DNA of 63,075 nucleotides, filler included, from Basidiobolus ranarum (lineage: Eukaryota), in NCBI GenBank assembly GCA_040143965.1. It is 23 parts of 23 records of this genome, joined end to end, with 100 filler letters (N's around TTAATTAATTAA, not from the genome) between each part and the next. Parts side by side here need not be neighbours in the genome. Positions count along the whole stretch, not along the records: positions 24,786 to 27,436 come from JASJQH010003104.1; positions 27,537 to 30,185 come from JASJQH010003105.1; positions 30,286 to 32,933 come from JASJQH010003106.1; positions 33,034 to 35,680 come from JASJQH010003107.1; positions 35,781 to 38,425 come from JASJQH010003108.1; 18 more parts are not named here. The stretch is one strand, 5' to 3'. Shown here piece after piece: positions 24,786 to 37,773 of the stretch; the first letter of the stretch is position 1; each line of letters opens with the position of its first letter. Under the pieces are notes generated by a model, which worked only from the letters and a program-made list of their open reading frames with translations, was not told where the DNA came from and did no database searches. The translations under genes and the position numbers were made by a program.

Positions 24786-26948
24786 ATTGATCCAATACCA
24801 AAGTACTCACCGTAAAGCTGATGGTATTACCGATATACTTGATGGATATCACTACCAGAATCTGAAAAGTCAAGGTTTCTTTGAGAACACGTATGATCAT
24901 GCATTTGCATTGGCTCTGGATGGTTTCTCACTAAACAAATATACTGTTGGAAAGGCTTGCTGGCCAATAATTTTAATCAACTTAAATCTTCCTCCTTCTG
25001 AACGGTATAAGAGTCATAATATTTTGATACTATCCATCATATCTGGACCTAAATCACCAGTGCTTATAGATAGCTTCTTGGAGCCTTTGATTGCGGAATT
25101 TGAACGGTTATCTAATGGGGTTCAGATGGGTGAATATTTTATTAAAGCTAATATCATTGTATGTATTGGTGACACTCCTGCCATCAGTAAACTTGGAGGT
25201 TTTTGTGGGCACAATGCACTATCTTGCTGTAGATTTTGTCAAATCAATGGAGTCTACTCTATCAGGCATATGCATTACTACTATCCAAATACAAAACTAA
25301 ACTCCATGATTTTACCATCAAGAGCCTGGTCAGATTTCAACATGATCTCTGATGTCAATTCACCAAATAGTCAGTCTAACTTCAAACTCAATATTAGCAT
25401 AAGCCTAAGATTATATTGCCAGAGAGGATCAGCTGGAGCCAGAGCTTCCCATGAGGAACTACACACTTACTATTCAACAACATTCTGATACTACTTACTC
25501 AGCTATATAGTGGAAAATTCAAGATGAATGAGCCATTTGAGATAGGAACAAAGTTTGAATTGATTGGGAAAATGCTTGAAAACATCAAGATACCATCATA
25601 TTTTACCAGGACTCCCATCAATATCCATTCATCTAGGTGTTTATTGAAATACATGGACTGCAAGTATTGGATTTGTATATATTCAAGTGGAATGTTGAAA
25701 AGATTTCAGCCTGATAAGTGTTGGCAACATTGGGAGTTGTTTGTCAATATTGATAGTATATTCTTATGGTATCAACTCACATTGGCAGATCTCAGGCAGA
25801 TACAGCAACTGTGCAAAGATTTAGTAATTGGATATGAAAAACTTTATTACAGATTTAAAGAAGATAGACTGAATCTATGCAGGTATTGAATACATTCCCT
25901 GCTGCATCTTTCACAATGCTTAGTGATTAATGGCCCTTGCTATACCTTCTGTGAGTTCCCAATGGAGTGCACCTGCGGTGAAATGATGCTCCATGTGAAA
26001 TTGTCAGTATTACTGTATGCCAATCTGATTATCAATGTATCAGCAAAATCAGTGATGGAAGTAATGTAATGGGCTAAGGAGACTCCACAGTATATCAACC
26101 TTCCAACAAAGGGCTCTTTTCAATGTGCTCACAGGTTTTTGCATTGTTTGAGCACAATAACAGTAGCAAAGCCCAATCCATGGACACAGAGTAAGTACCT
26201 CTATAATTTGGACTAATTTGTTTGTGTGATAATCTGGTGGTATTTTTAGGAAAGCTGCAAGACAGACTTCTTGGTGAGATAGATCAAGATACACAGTATT
26301 ATCATTTTGGCCATGAGGTAATCTATTCAAGCAATGACACATCTACTAGTGGCAGGACATTTGTTGACTGCAAGTTGAGGATATATTGACTGAATTCTTT
26401 ATGGAAATTTGCCAAAATTGAAGAGCTTATTCTCATTGTCAACAGTAACAAGAGTCAGCTATTTGCCAAGTGTCAGTGCTATTCAAAATTTCTGATGTTT
26501 AGCAATTTTTCCACCATTAGTTTGCCGGTAAAGCATATTGATGTTGTTGAGTTATGTCTAAACAGTCAAGTATGTGCATATGTAGAGACTAAACATGATG
26601 AGATTCTTGTATTTTTTGATTTTCATTATGGCTGGAACACAAAGCCTGAAATAGCTAAATTAAGGCATGCATATTAATTCAAATTCTTACAGCAGTAAAC
26701 CCAGTAATTTGCCATTTGAAAATTAGATTTTTGCAAAAATTGCCAGATATTGAAAAACACATGCCAAATTTGAGGATCAATACTTTAACATGTATGAAAA
26801 CTGTCAAAATACCATCAAGAAACCACCATCAAACCATCAAAATCCCTGGCAGAATGAAAGCCACCAATATTGTGATGGTTCTCTGACAGTTTTGCTATTT
26901 TGGAGAGTGGATGCAATCCGGATCAAATTGATTTTATTTTTGTAAGGG
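24786..26948 (+). mobile_element. CACTA Tnp2 transposase core and C-terminus with right end
   Basis: DILDG..Y..L...GFF, ALALDGF, WPIILINLNLPPSERYK, GDTPAISKL, IG.ML..IKIPSYFTRTP, YEKLYYR; ends TTTTTGTAAGGG. Confidence 0.95.
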
Positions 26949-27436
26949 ATTATGATGAAAATCGATTTTCTCCTGATCCAATCTTTCAAAATGTCCAAAC
27001 CAAAACAATGAAGAAAATAACATTTCTGTGGAACCTTCAACCAAACTTTTGCCTACTGAAGTGCCCAATACAATGCCAGAAGTTGTTGTACCTTTATCCC
27101 AAACCAGGAGATCAAATTTGATCAGAAATGGCCCTGATTACTATTTCAATAAGTCCCAAAATTGGATCTATGTCTGCACTGCTCAAATACATGAACCCCA
27201 GACTGTGAAAGAGGACTTGAATGGCCCTCACACAAAATATTGGAGATCTGCAATGGCTGAGGAGTACCAGGCTTTGATTGATAATCAAACTTGGATTTTA
27301 GCCAACTTACCTGATGATAGAAAATCAATTGGTTGCCAATGGGTGTTTAAAGTTAAATACAATTCTGATTATAGAATAGAAAGGTACAAGGCTAGACTAG
27401 TAGCCAAGCGCTATTCCCAAGCATCAGTAATAGATT
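26949..27436 (+). mobile_element. copia family 1 integrase-RT linker and RT start
   Basis: RRSN..., EPQTVKE.LNGP...[33 protein letters not shown]. Confidence 0.93.
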
Positions 27437-27536
27437 NNNNNNNNNNNNNNNNNNNNNNNNNNNNNNNNNNNNNNNNNNNNTTAATTAATTAANNNNNNNN
27501 NNNNNNNNNNNNNNNNNNNNNNNNNNNNNNNNNNNN

Positions 27537-28414
27537 ATGGGTTAGAGAGACTTCAGAGTATATTAACCTTCCAACAAAGGGCTCTTTTCAATGTGCTCAT
27601 GGGTTTTCACATTTTTTGAGCACAATAACAGCAACAAAGCCCAATCCATGGACACAGAGTAAGTACCTCTATAATTTGGACTAATTTGTGTGTGTAATAA
27701 TCTGATGGTACTTCTAGGAAAGCCACAAGACAGACTTCTTGGTGAAATAGATCAAAATATGCAGTATTATTGTTTTAGCCATGGGGCAATCTATTCCAGC
27801 AATGACTCATCTACTTAAGGCAGGACATCTGTTGACTGCAAGTTGGGGATATATTGGCTGAATTCTTTATGGAAATTTTCCAAAATCCAAGAGCTCATTC
27901 TTGTTGTGAACAGTAACAAAAGTCAGCTATTTGCCAGGTGTCAGTGCCATTCAAAATTTCAGATGTTTAGCAATTTTTCCACTGTTAGTTTGCTGGTAAA
28001 GCATATTGTTGTTGTTGAGTTATGTCTAATCAGTCAAGTATATGCATATGTAGAGACTAAACACAGCAAGATTCTTGTATTTTTTGATTCTCATATGGCT
28101 GGAATACAAAGCCTAAAATATCTAAATAAAAGCATGTATATTAAATTGAATTCCCACAGCAGTACACCCAGTAATTTGCCATTCCAAAATTATATTTTTG
28201 CAAAAATTGCCGGATATTGAATAATGCATGCCAAATTTGAGGATCAATATTGTAACATGTATGAGTACCATCAAAACACCTTCAAGAAACCACCATTACA
28301 CCATCAAAATCCCTGGCAGAGTGCAAGCCACCAATATTGTGATGGTTTGCTGATGGTTTTGCTCTTTTGGAGGGTGGATCCAATCCAGATCAAATCAATT
28401 TTATTTTTGTTGGG
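27537..28414 (+). mobile_element. CACTA 3' portion with right end
   Basis: Homologous to 26060-26948. Confidence 0.9.
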
Positions 28415-29808
28415 GTTATCACACAAGCAAATAAGTCCAAATTATAGAGGTACTTGCTCTGTGTCCATGGATTGGGTTTGTTGCTGTTATTGTGCTCAAA
28501 TAATGCAAAAGCCTATGGGCATATTGAAAAGAGTCTGTTGTTGCAAGCTTAATATACTCTGGAGTCTCCTTAACCCAATGCATTACATCCATCACAGATT
28601 TTGCTGATAAATTGTTAATCAGATTAGCACATGGTAGTACTAACAATTTTGTATGGAACATCATTTCACTGCAGGTGTGCTCTGTTGGGAACTCCCAGAA
28701 TGCATAGCAAGGGCCTATAATCCCTAAGAATGGTGAAAGATGCAGCCAGGAATGTATTGAATACTGGCATAGATTCAGTCCATCTTCTTTAATCCTGTAA
28801 TTATGCTTTTCATATCCACTTACAAAATTTTGCACCATTGCTGTACCTGCCTGGGATCTGCCAATGTGAGTCAATGCCATAAGAATATATTAACAATATT
28901 GACAAATAACTCCCAATGTTGCCAATACATATCTGGCAGAAATCTTTTCAAGATTCATTTGCATATATACAAGTCCAATGCTTCCAGTCTTTGCATATGG
29001 ATAAACACCTAGATGAGTGGATATTGATGGGAGTCCTGGTAAAATATGAAGGTATCTTGATGTTTTCAAGCATTTTCCCAATCAATTCAAGCTTTGATCC
29101 TATCTTGAATGGCTCATTCATATTGAAATTTCCACTATATAGCTGAGTAAGTAGTATTGGAATGTTGTTCAATAGTAAGTGCATAATGCCTAATGGGAAG
29201 CTCTGGCTCCAGCGGATCCTCTTTAGCAATGATATCTTTGGCTTATGGCTAATGCCAAATTTGCTGTTAGACTGACTATTTAGTGAATTGATATCAGTGA
29301 TCATGCCAAAATCTGACCAGGCTCTTGATGGTAAAGTCATGGAGTATAGTGTTGTATTTTGATAGTAGTAATGCATATCCCTGATAGAGTAGACTCCTTT
29401 GATTTTACAAGATCTAAAGCCAGATAGTGCACTGTGCCCACAAAAACCTCCAAGTTTACTGATGGCAGGAGTGACAACAATACATACAATGATATTAGCT
29501 TTAATAAAATATTCACCCATCTGAATTGCACTAGATAAGTGTTCAAATTCTGCAATAAATGCTCCAAGAAGCTGTCTATAAGCACTGGTGATTTAGGTCT
29601 AAATATAATGGAAAGTATTAAAATATTATGACTCTTATACCATACAGAAGGGGGAAAACTTGGGTTTATTAAAATTATTGGCTGGCAAGCTTCTCCAACA
29701 GTATATTTGTTTAGTGAGAAACCATCCAGAGCCAATACAAATGCTTGATTGTATGTGTTCTCAAAGAAACCTTCTCTTTTCCAATTCTGATAGTGCTATC
29801 CATCAAGA
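28415..29808 (-). mobile_element. CACTA transposase fragment in opposite orientation
   Basis: ALDGFSLNKY..., TPAISKLGGF, MHLLLNNIP, PCYAFWEFPTE. Confidence 0.92.
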
Positions 29809-29945
29809 GACCTTCTTGACAGTTTTAGCTCTTGAACATTGAATTAGCAATTTGTCTTTAAGATTAAGACAAATTGTGTTAAAGGCACTTTGTTCTATTT
29901 TAACCTGGGGTAAAACTTTGGTTTCAGATTGTTTTGCACTGTTTT

Positions 29946-30185
29946 TGTCACAATAAGGAACTGGACAAGGACTGGGAACAACGACAAGAGGCTAGAAGGC
30001 AGGAGAGTACTTGGGTGTAGACCACAAGACAAGACAAGACTGGACAAGGAAGATACTTTGGCAAGAATCTTTATTGATAACTGGCGTTGATCAGACTGAG
30101 GTCTGATCAAGAAATACATGGTGCTTATATAGATATTGCAAGGTGAAACATAATATACTGAATAGGGAATATACTGTGGCAAGTT
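29946..30185 (+). mobile_element. LTR family B (partial) inserted in copia gag
   Basis: TGTCACAATAAGGAACTGG follows copia gag sequence at 29809-29945. Confidence 0.85.
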
Positions 30186-30429
30186 NNNNNNNNNNNNNNN
30201 NNNNNNNNNNNNNNNNNNNNNNNNNNNNNTTAATTAATTAANNNNNNNNNNNNNNNNNNNNNNNNNNNNNNNNNNNNNNNNNNNNTAACAAGTATGTCTT
30301 ATTACCCCCACTTATCTATTATATCTTATTACACAAACTCCTGAATATCTCAAACAATTGATTTACTTTTCTACTATATAAGTCACCATATACTCCAAGT
30401 AATTCAAACACAAGTGCACAGTCACTTAC

Positions 30430-31235
30430 CGCATCCTTTACTCTCTTGAAATCGATTACTCTAAGAGTTGGTGTTCTCCAGATTAACCAGCTTCTATAAT
30501 AGTTCTTTTTCGCGACTGGATTATCAATCAAACTCAGGTAAGTCAACTTGGTTAGCCCGGCTAGGGCTTCCAAATCACCCAGCTCACTAATCGAATTGTT
30601 GGTGAGCACAAGGGTGCGAAGATTCGGTAAAAACTGATTGATACTAGTTTCGATACGAGAGATACGATTGTTGGATAGTAACAATGTGTGAAGTCGGCGA
30701 AGTAACGGGAAGTTGCCCAAATATTGGATATTATTGTCAGTAAAATCGATGCAATCGTTTTGATCCTTTGGTAAAAAGGCAATCACGTGAAGAAGGTTAG
30801 TTGTTTTCAAAGTCCAACATCGTTTACAATAGGATAACTCACCTTAGAGACACCAAGATTCTCGAGGACAGGGATTTTATTACCTATATCACGAAAAAAG
30901 TACAGAGAAACAATAGTTAAGGAATAATATTGTGTTGAATTTCTTAAAAGAAATGGAGTTTGAAAGACTTCCGAATTTTTTTGTTATCATCAAATAAAAT
31001 ACCGAGAAGTGTATGCTTTCAAAAAAGACTGAATTGGAACACAGAAAAGAATGTCCCTTGTAATCCAACATTATAACAATAAAAGTAAAAGAAAGTTACA
31101 TCTTCACTTAGTTGCTTTATGTAGGAACTCGCAATCAAGTATACAGGAAAGGATACCCCTAAGATCTAATTCTCTATCTTTGATGGCGTTAATGTAAGAA
31201 GGTGCACGCGTAATTAAATCAGCTGTTAACTTCAT
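30430..31235 (-). CDS. SNRPA1: U2 snRNP protein A' (LRR); exons 31235-31157, 30883-30843, 30765-30430; 3' end not on contig
   Basis: Spliced: MKLTADLITRAPSYINAIKDRELDLRG/NKIPVLENLGVSK/DQNDCIDFTDNNIQYLGNFPLLRRLHTLLLSNNRI...NPVAKKNYYR...LRVIDFKRVK. GT-AG introns. Confidence 0.97.
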
Positions 31236-32306
31236 GTTGTAAGTCTCTTAGTTGAAAAACAGGTGGAGTGTGTCTTCTCGTGTTTGTGCTTTATTCACAA
31301 TCCAGGAACTATAACACACCATCTGAGAAATTTGATGAAAAAAATCCCGAATTTTTCGTTTATTTCTTTCGTGGTATGATTGAAATTTCGTTTAAAATTA
31401 AATTAAAAGGTTGGTCCGAATTCATTCTTACGGGATGATAAACAGGATAGTGTGCACTTTGGCTTGTTTACATTCACTTTTACACTCATTGGGATGACAG
31501 CAATGGTAGAGAGTTGAAAAAACGAACAGTTAGAGTTACGTATAAGGGGTAAGATATGGGGGGAGTCAGGTGAGCTCCTTGAAGTAATCCTGACATTATG
31601 AATATCGTTACTATTATCAAAGTTAGGTTTACGTAATCTATTTAGTATTAATGGATGTGGCTTTCAATTATTCGCATTGTTATGAATTTTCATGCTGGCC
31701 AAGTAAAGGGCTTTGGATGATGAAGTGCTTTGGTAGAACTTGTATATTTATACTCTGGGAAGAAGGTTCTTTAGTAGCTACATTTTCATTCAAATTGACC
31801 CAATTCTGAGTAATAAAGCTTTATTCTTCTACCTTTAGCAGTAGTAGAAGTAGCAAGAGTCATTGTAAGCACATTACTGATTCTAACATTAACATCACCT
31901 AACCCTTGTTTTAACCCTAAGGTTAAACCCTAACCCTCTCCCAACTCATGAAAAATCTCGAAGTCAGCACAGAATTCCCAAATTGAGGTCAAAACAAATA
32001 GTCCAAGAGTAATGCCCAATCCCCCATCTCCAGTCACAAAATCATGGGTTACTTAAGCAATCGAAACACTAAAAGGATCAAAACAATTCAAGCGTCAACA
32101 AACATTGAATTTTTGTGTACGAAAGTTAGGTGTTACTTATGATAGCACTATAGGCCATTCTCTTCTCCACTAGCTAGACTCTAGGGCTTAAAGGCCTTTA
32201 TTTACATAAATATACATATTCACTCCTCTCAAAGAGCCCCCTCTGAATACTTGAAGAGCTTCGAACCCACCTTATTGTTACTCTAAACTCGTCCATATTT
32301 TGAACA

Positions 32307-32933
32307 ATGGAAATACCAAGCCTGCATAACATAACACCTCTCCTCTTTTCAACCCGCCTGAGTGAACTAGTAGGATGGTAAGAACGAATTATTCCTTTCT
32401 CATATCGGCTAAGGGGATCTCCTCGAAACCTCTGTTACTATTAGAGTTAATCTAGATTCTAAATGTTTACTTTGATTTTAGCAACGTATGGTTGAAGTTG
32501 GAAAATTTCCAATCCACAAGTTCCTATAAACTAAGGTAAATGCCCCATATTCGAAAACGAAACTTGTCTTAAGTTCAGTACCTCTAACCATTGAAAAATA
32601 GAGGCATCGGTCACGCCTGTATAAAGGCTCTCTTAACTGAAGATGTCAATAGATTGGTTACTTCTGGTGATATCGACTCGTGTTGGGCGCTAGCATATGC
32701 TGGTCGTCGACTTAACGTTCCAACTACGACGTTCGTAAGTTCCCAATTAAGCGAAAGAATGCGCAAGACCATGGGAGTAGAGAGAGCCTCTGTTATCGAA
32801 GTAGAGGGGGTAAATAGCTTCGCCATTCCTGAGAAAATGAATATTATTTACTGATCATCGGGTCAATTTGATAGGGGTTCGAGGAAGCAGAGAGTTTGGC
32901 AAGAGAATTCGTCAAAAACACACCAAACTCGAA
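32307..32933 (+). CDS. PLP-dependent L-serine/threonine dehydratase-like protein, N-terminal part; exons 32307-32377, 32482-32535, 32602-32809, 32875->32933
   Basis: Spliced: MEIPSLHNITPLLFSTRLSELVGC/NVWLKLENFQSTSSYKLR/GIGHAC...ALAYAGRRLNVPTTTFV.../GFEEAESLAREFV. Fold-type II PLP lysine motif SYKLRG. Confidence 0.9.
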
Positions 32934-34359
32934 NNNNNNNNNNNNNNNNNNNNNNNNNNNNNNNNNNNNNNNNNNNNTTAATTAATTAANNNNNNNNNNN
33001 NNNNNNNNNNNNNNNNNNNNNNNNNNNNNNNNNTTCAACTAAAACTAGTACCACTACACTTCCAATGAATGCCCTGAGTATATAATACTCAACACACCCA
33101 TAAAAATTACATGACCCTAAATGATACTGAATAAGTCAAATAATTAATGAATAGACATTAAAGCTCACTGGCATCTGTTACTTTCAATTATTATAACTGT
33201 AACTGCAAGATTTAAATCCCAATACAGTTGAAGTATAGTTCGATATTAATGATTGGAACTACTTTTAAAAGTGAAGATCGTAGTAGATTGTGGCTTGGTA
33301 AATACATGCCGACAATGTCTAGTATTTGGACTATGAAGACTACCACAGTTGTTCATTTGATCAAACGTTTTGCTAATATATCACCAGGGTGTTCCTGTAC
33401 CAAAATAATATAGTGATATATTTCTTCTTGACAAATGGATTATTGCCGTGGATAAAATTCAAAGCATATAATACAAAGTAGAGCGCTTCATCTCTCAACC
33501 CCACTTTCCTAAACTATGCTACAAAGTCAATATGCAAGGTTAATTGATTCATCAAGTCAAAGTAACAGCATATGGGTCATTAGTAGCAAAGTGAAATATT
33601 TTTGGCAGAATAGCCCCTAGTAAACACAACTCGAAATACAAAGAGTGAAGGGATTACTTCACCTTCTGACATCACGAGAATTGCTGAAAGAGTGAGTTCT
33701 TTTTGGAACCTAATAGAGCTATTAAGAAGCTGAAAAGCTAAAAACCTATTGGAAGACTTCTGCAAGGATTAGAGCAGCTTCTCAACTTGATGAAATGACT
33801 AATACTTTAAGCAGACGAATAAGTTATGGGAGTGCACGTTCACTGAGAGCAAATAATGTAAGCAGATGAAGCAAATTACGAGTGTACCCTAAGCAAGTTC
33901 TAAAGGCATAATATAAATGGCCAGGGAAGCTATGCACAAGCTATTCTACAGCTTGATGAAACAGAGAAGCTATGCACGAGTGCTTCATTTCACAAGGGCT
34001 TGATTTGAAAAGCAGTACACTAATCTAATCGTCATGCTCACTTGATCATGGATGAGAGATATAAGAACAAATATACTCAGATAGGTGATTTACGTACACT
34101 TAGTACTAATATTGCGCAATGCCATTCTCAGTATTAAAATGGAAATCAATATTTTCAATTAAGGAATAATCCATCACAACCCTAAGATTTGGCCAACGTG
34201 ATTTGCTTTGGATCCTAATCAGAGGAAAGGATTTCCATATTTATACAAGACCGGTTGCTCTAATGGTGAAGCTTAAATAATCATTGATCCATTCCATGGA
34301 AAAGTCTGGATCCCGAGCAATATTTAGAGCCATATCGAGAGCCGAGTAATTCTAACGTT

Positions 34360-34443
34360 CCTAATAATCGGATCCCTTGGCAAAACACCTAATAATTGGA
34401 TCCATTGGAAAAACACCTAGTAATCGGATCCATTGGAAAAACA
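34360..34443. repeat. Tandem repeat, 3 x 28 bp
   Basis: CCTA(A/G)TAAT(C/T)GGATCC(C/A)TTGG(C/A)AAAACA three times, head to tail. Confidence 0.9.
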
Positions 34444-35134
34444 GTAAGTACGCATCACTTGCATTTAACCCAAGATTAACTAAACATGAACATAAGAATC
34501 TAAGCCATATTGAAATACCTTGGAGTGCAAATGCAATGTGAGGTCGAACTCCAAAAGCAGTTGCGGAATTCTATAACTTCTTATGGCTTTAGAGTATATA
34601 TCTGATTTTTCTTATTCATAGCCGCTGCTGGTCTCCAAGGTGCACAATTGATAAAAAAATCTTCACCTGGATTATGGCTGTCACAAAGGTGGCAGACCTG
34701 TGTGTGAAGGAGCATGGTTTCTCTCATGGGGAATACAGAGGGTACAGGAGTCCAGGTATGGGCCAGAGATATGTTAGGATGAAAAGAGGGGGCTTGGGGG
34801 ACGCAATCATCCTAGTATAGAAATAAAGCACTCTTTACCAACACATCACCACAAGAAACTGGCCAAAGAAGAATTCAGCTTAACCAAGCTTAGAGGTAAA
34901 CCTTTAGACGTAATTGTATTGAATACTGTACTGGCAAGCAGGCAATTGGGCTAACTTTTGTGTTAGAGAGTAAAGTCAAAAATTATTGTAATGGATTTTT
35001 TCTATCACTTGATGATATAATTCAATTAACTCATTACTTCATAATGAGTTTATCAACTTTGTTTACACTTTATTGAATACTAGATCCTTTTTTCCTACAA
35101 TGCTAATACATTTTTTCTGGTGAATAGTAGAAAT

Positions 35135-35261
35135 TGTTAAAGTATTTGGGAGCCTGTTGGAAGTGGTCTGGAGAATTAGAGGTATTAGTGGATTTCACTA
35201 ATTGATTTATTGAGTGGAAAGTTGACATTAAAGTTTTGTCAAGATGTTAACAAACTAACAC
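35135..35261 (-). mobile_element. LTR family A, partial
   Basis: TGTTAAAGTATTTGGGAGCCTGTTGG..., interrupted at 35262. Confidence 0.85.
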
Positions 35262-35417
35262 TTAGGGGGGAGACAGTCACCAACAGGTGATATTTTTATT
35301 TCAAACAAAAGGGTTAGGGTTAGGGTAAGGGTATAGATGTTCTGGTAAGGGTAAGGATGAAAAGAGGGTTAGGGGGGAGACAGTCACCAAAAGGTGAAAT
35401 CTTTATTTCAAACAAAA
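35262..35417. repeat. Direct repeat (about 48 bp x2) separated by degenerate TTAGGG/TAAGGG units
   Basis: TTAGGGGGGAGACAGTCACCAA.AGGTGA.AT.TTTATTTCAAACAAAA at 35262 and 35369, with GGGTTAGGGTTAGGGTAAGGG between them. Confidence 0.8.
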
Positions 35418-36155
35418 CAAAGAAGCCATAACTACTTTTGTAGTTTCTTAACTAATGTATGGAGATCTGGAGTATTTGTATGAATGTTGCAAAGCAGAAA
35501 AGTTAAGTCAGTAGAATCTAAGACACTGTTAAGTGGAGTGGGAGGGAGTAACAAAGGTAAAAATGGTTTGTCTGTTGAAGTTTATTGTCTTTATCATATT
35601 TGTTATCTCTATCTTTATACACCTAACTATTTCATATATCACATATAAGTTAGTTAACATTACTTAGTCAAATATCACTTNNNNNNNNNNNNNNNNNNNN
35701 NNNNNNNNNNNNNNNNNNNNNNNNTTAATTAATTAANNNNNNNNNNNNNNNNNNNNNNNNNNNNNNNNNNNNNNNNNNNNTATTTTTTTAACCTTAACAC
35801 TTTCACATGATCTTCAATTCACGTAGGAGATTCTGAACTACTAGCATACAACAACTCAGATGTCAAACTTAACCTTTGCAAACTTCATATCCGCTATTAA
35901 AAGAGTCAATCATTGAAACATAGCACTTTGCAAATGAACCAACTAATGGTAACTGATTTGCTATTTTTCGCATAAGGGCTATGCGTTAAGAAAAATTCGA
36001 ATATGAAAGTTCTCCAAAAAACTATAGGATTAAATCTTTTTTAGTCTGCAAGTGCTAAACTATTCCTCAATTGTCCAGTCTGCTGTGAGCTAAGTCTAAC
36101 TTTCCAACTTAGGGGTTGAAGTTCTTAGAGCCTCTACAATAGATATGCATTATTT

Positions 36156-36670
36156 GTTAAATCATTTTGGGAGCTGGTTGGAAGTGGCTGGAGAAATAGA
36201 GAAATCGGTGGCTATCATATATTGATTTAGTGAGTAGCAAGTTGATATTTGTAGTTTTGTCAAGATCTAAGCAAAATAATGTTCAGGATGTGTCAAGGAA
36301 GGTTCCAGGAACATGTGTGCAAAGGCCTGGGCTTGTTTGAAAAATCTACATATTTGAGAACTTCTCTAAGCTATATATGAGTATATAAGTGCTTAGGTAA
36401 TACTAATTCTGAAACTCTCCTTAAAATAAATAGTAATATAAACTAATCCTAAAGAAGGTTTAACTATCAAATTTTTGGCAATCCAGTTGCTTAATTAATA
36501 ATCAGCAATCATGTTCTCAGTAGAGTAGTAAGTTGAGTCAATAAAATGTTTTTCTGGAGTCTTTCTAAAAAAATGGTGTCAAATAAGTATACATCTACTT
36601 GTAGTGTGAAAGATGGCATTTTGAGCTGATTTGATACAACTTTGATTAACTTGAAATATTGTAGCTACCA
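36156..36670 (-). mobile_element. Diverged copia 3' LTR (A) and RNase H end
   Basis: LTR-A-like sequence followed by minus-strand DNQSCIK..., FH.T..., YSTENMIAD motifs. Confidence 0.8.
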
Positions 36671-36833
36671 AGTATATATTGACAATAGTTTTTGGGAGAA
36701 ATTTCTTTGGTATTGATATGATTCTGATTCATGATATTCAAGATGTTGAAACTTAGTTGAAGCTTCAAAGCTGTCCCAAAGCCCTCTAACTTTGTACACA
36801 ATATCATGAATGGTTTCCCACTACCACACCATT

Positions 36834-37773
36834 CCCTAACAAAAATAGAATCAATTTGAACTAGATTCGATCTACCCTTATGGAGAGCAAAACCATCAGA
36901 GGACCATCACAATATTGATGACTTGTATTCTGCCAGATATCTTGATGGTGAGACAGCAGCTTCCTAACAGTATAATGATGGTAATTGTACATGGTGAAAT
37001 TTTGATCATCATATTTGCTTTGCATTATTTAATTTCCCACAACTTTTGGAAAAAACCAACTATCAAATGGCAAATTATTGAGCATACTGCTATAGGAATT
37101 TGCTTTAATACACATGCCTTTATTCAGATATTTTTGGCTTTGTATTCCAGCCATAATGAGAACCAAAAAATACAAGAATCTTGTCATGTTCAGTCTCTAC
37201 CTATGCACATACTTGACTGCTCAGACATGACTCAAAAATATCAATATGCTTTACCAGCAAATTAATGGTTGAAAAATTGCTAAAAATCTGAAATTTAGAG
37301 TAGCACTGACACTTGGCAAATAGCCTACTGTTGCTACCTTTCACAATGAGAATAAGCTCTTGGATTTTGGCATATTTCCATAAAGAATTTAGCCAAAATA
37401 ACCCCAACTTGCAGTCAACAAATGTCCTGCCACAAGTACATGTGTCATTGGTTGAATAGAATACCCCATGGCTAAAATGATAATACTGCTTTTCTCAATC
37501 TATCTCATCAGGAAGTCTGTCTTGCAGCTTTCCTATAAATGCATTCAGATTATCATACAAACAAATTAGTCCAAATTATGGAGGTACTTACTCTGAGTCC
37601 ATGGATTTGGTTCTGTTGCTGTTGTTGTGCTCAAACAATGCAAAAACCCATGAGCTTATTGAAAAGAGCCCTTTATTGTAAGGTTAATATAGGCCAGAGT
37701 CTCCTTAATGCATTGTTTTACATCCATCATTGATTTTGCTGATACATTGTTAATCAGCTCAGCTTACAGTAAT
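36834..37773 (-). mobile_element. CACTA right end and transposase C-terminus
   Basis: CCCTAACAAAAATAG start; homologous to the other copies. Confidence 0.88.

Noticed and set aside
34360-34443. CRISPR array (28-bp repeats)
   Set aside because: Units are head to tail with no spacers, there are no cas genes, and the context is eukaryotic.
34670-34853. Possible solo LTR (TGTCAC...CACCACA with AATAAA)
   Set aside because: No matching TSD and no second copy in the window.
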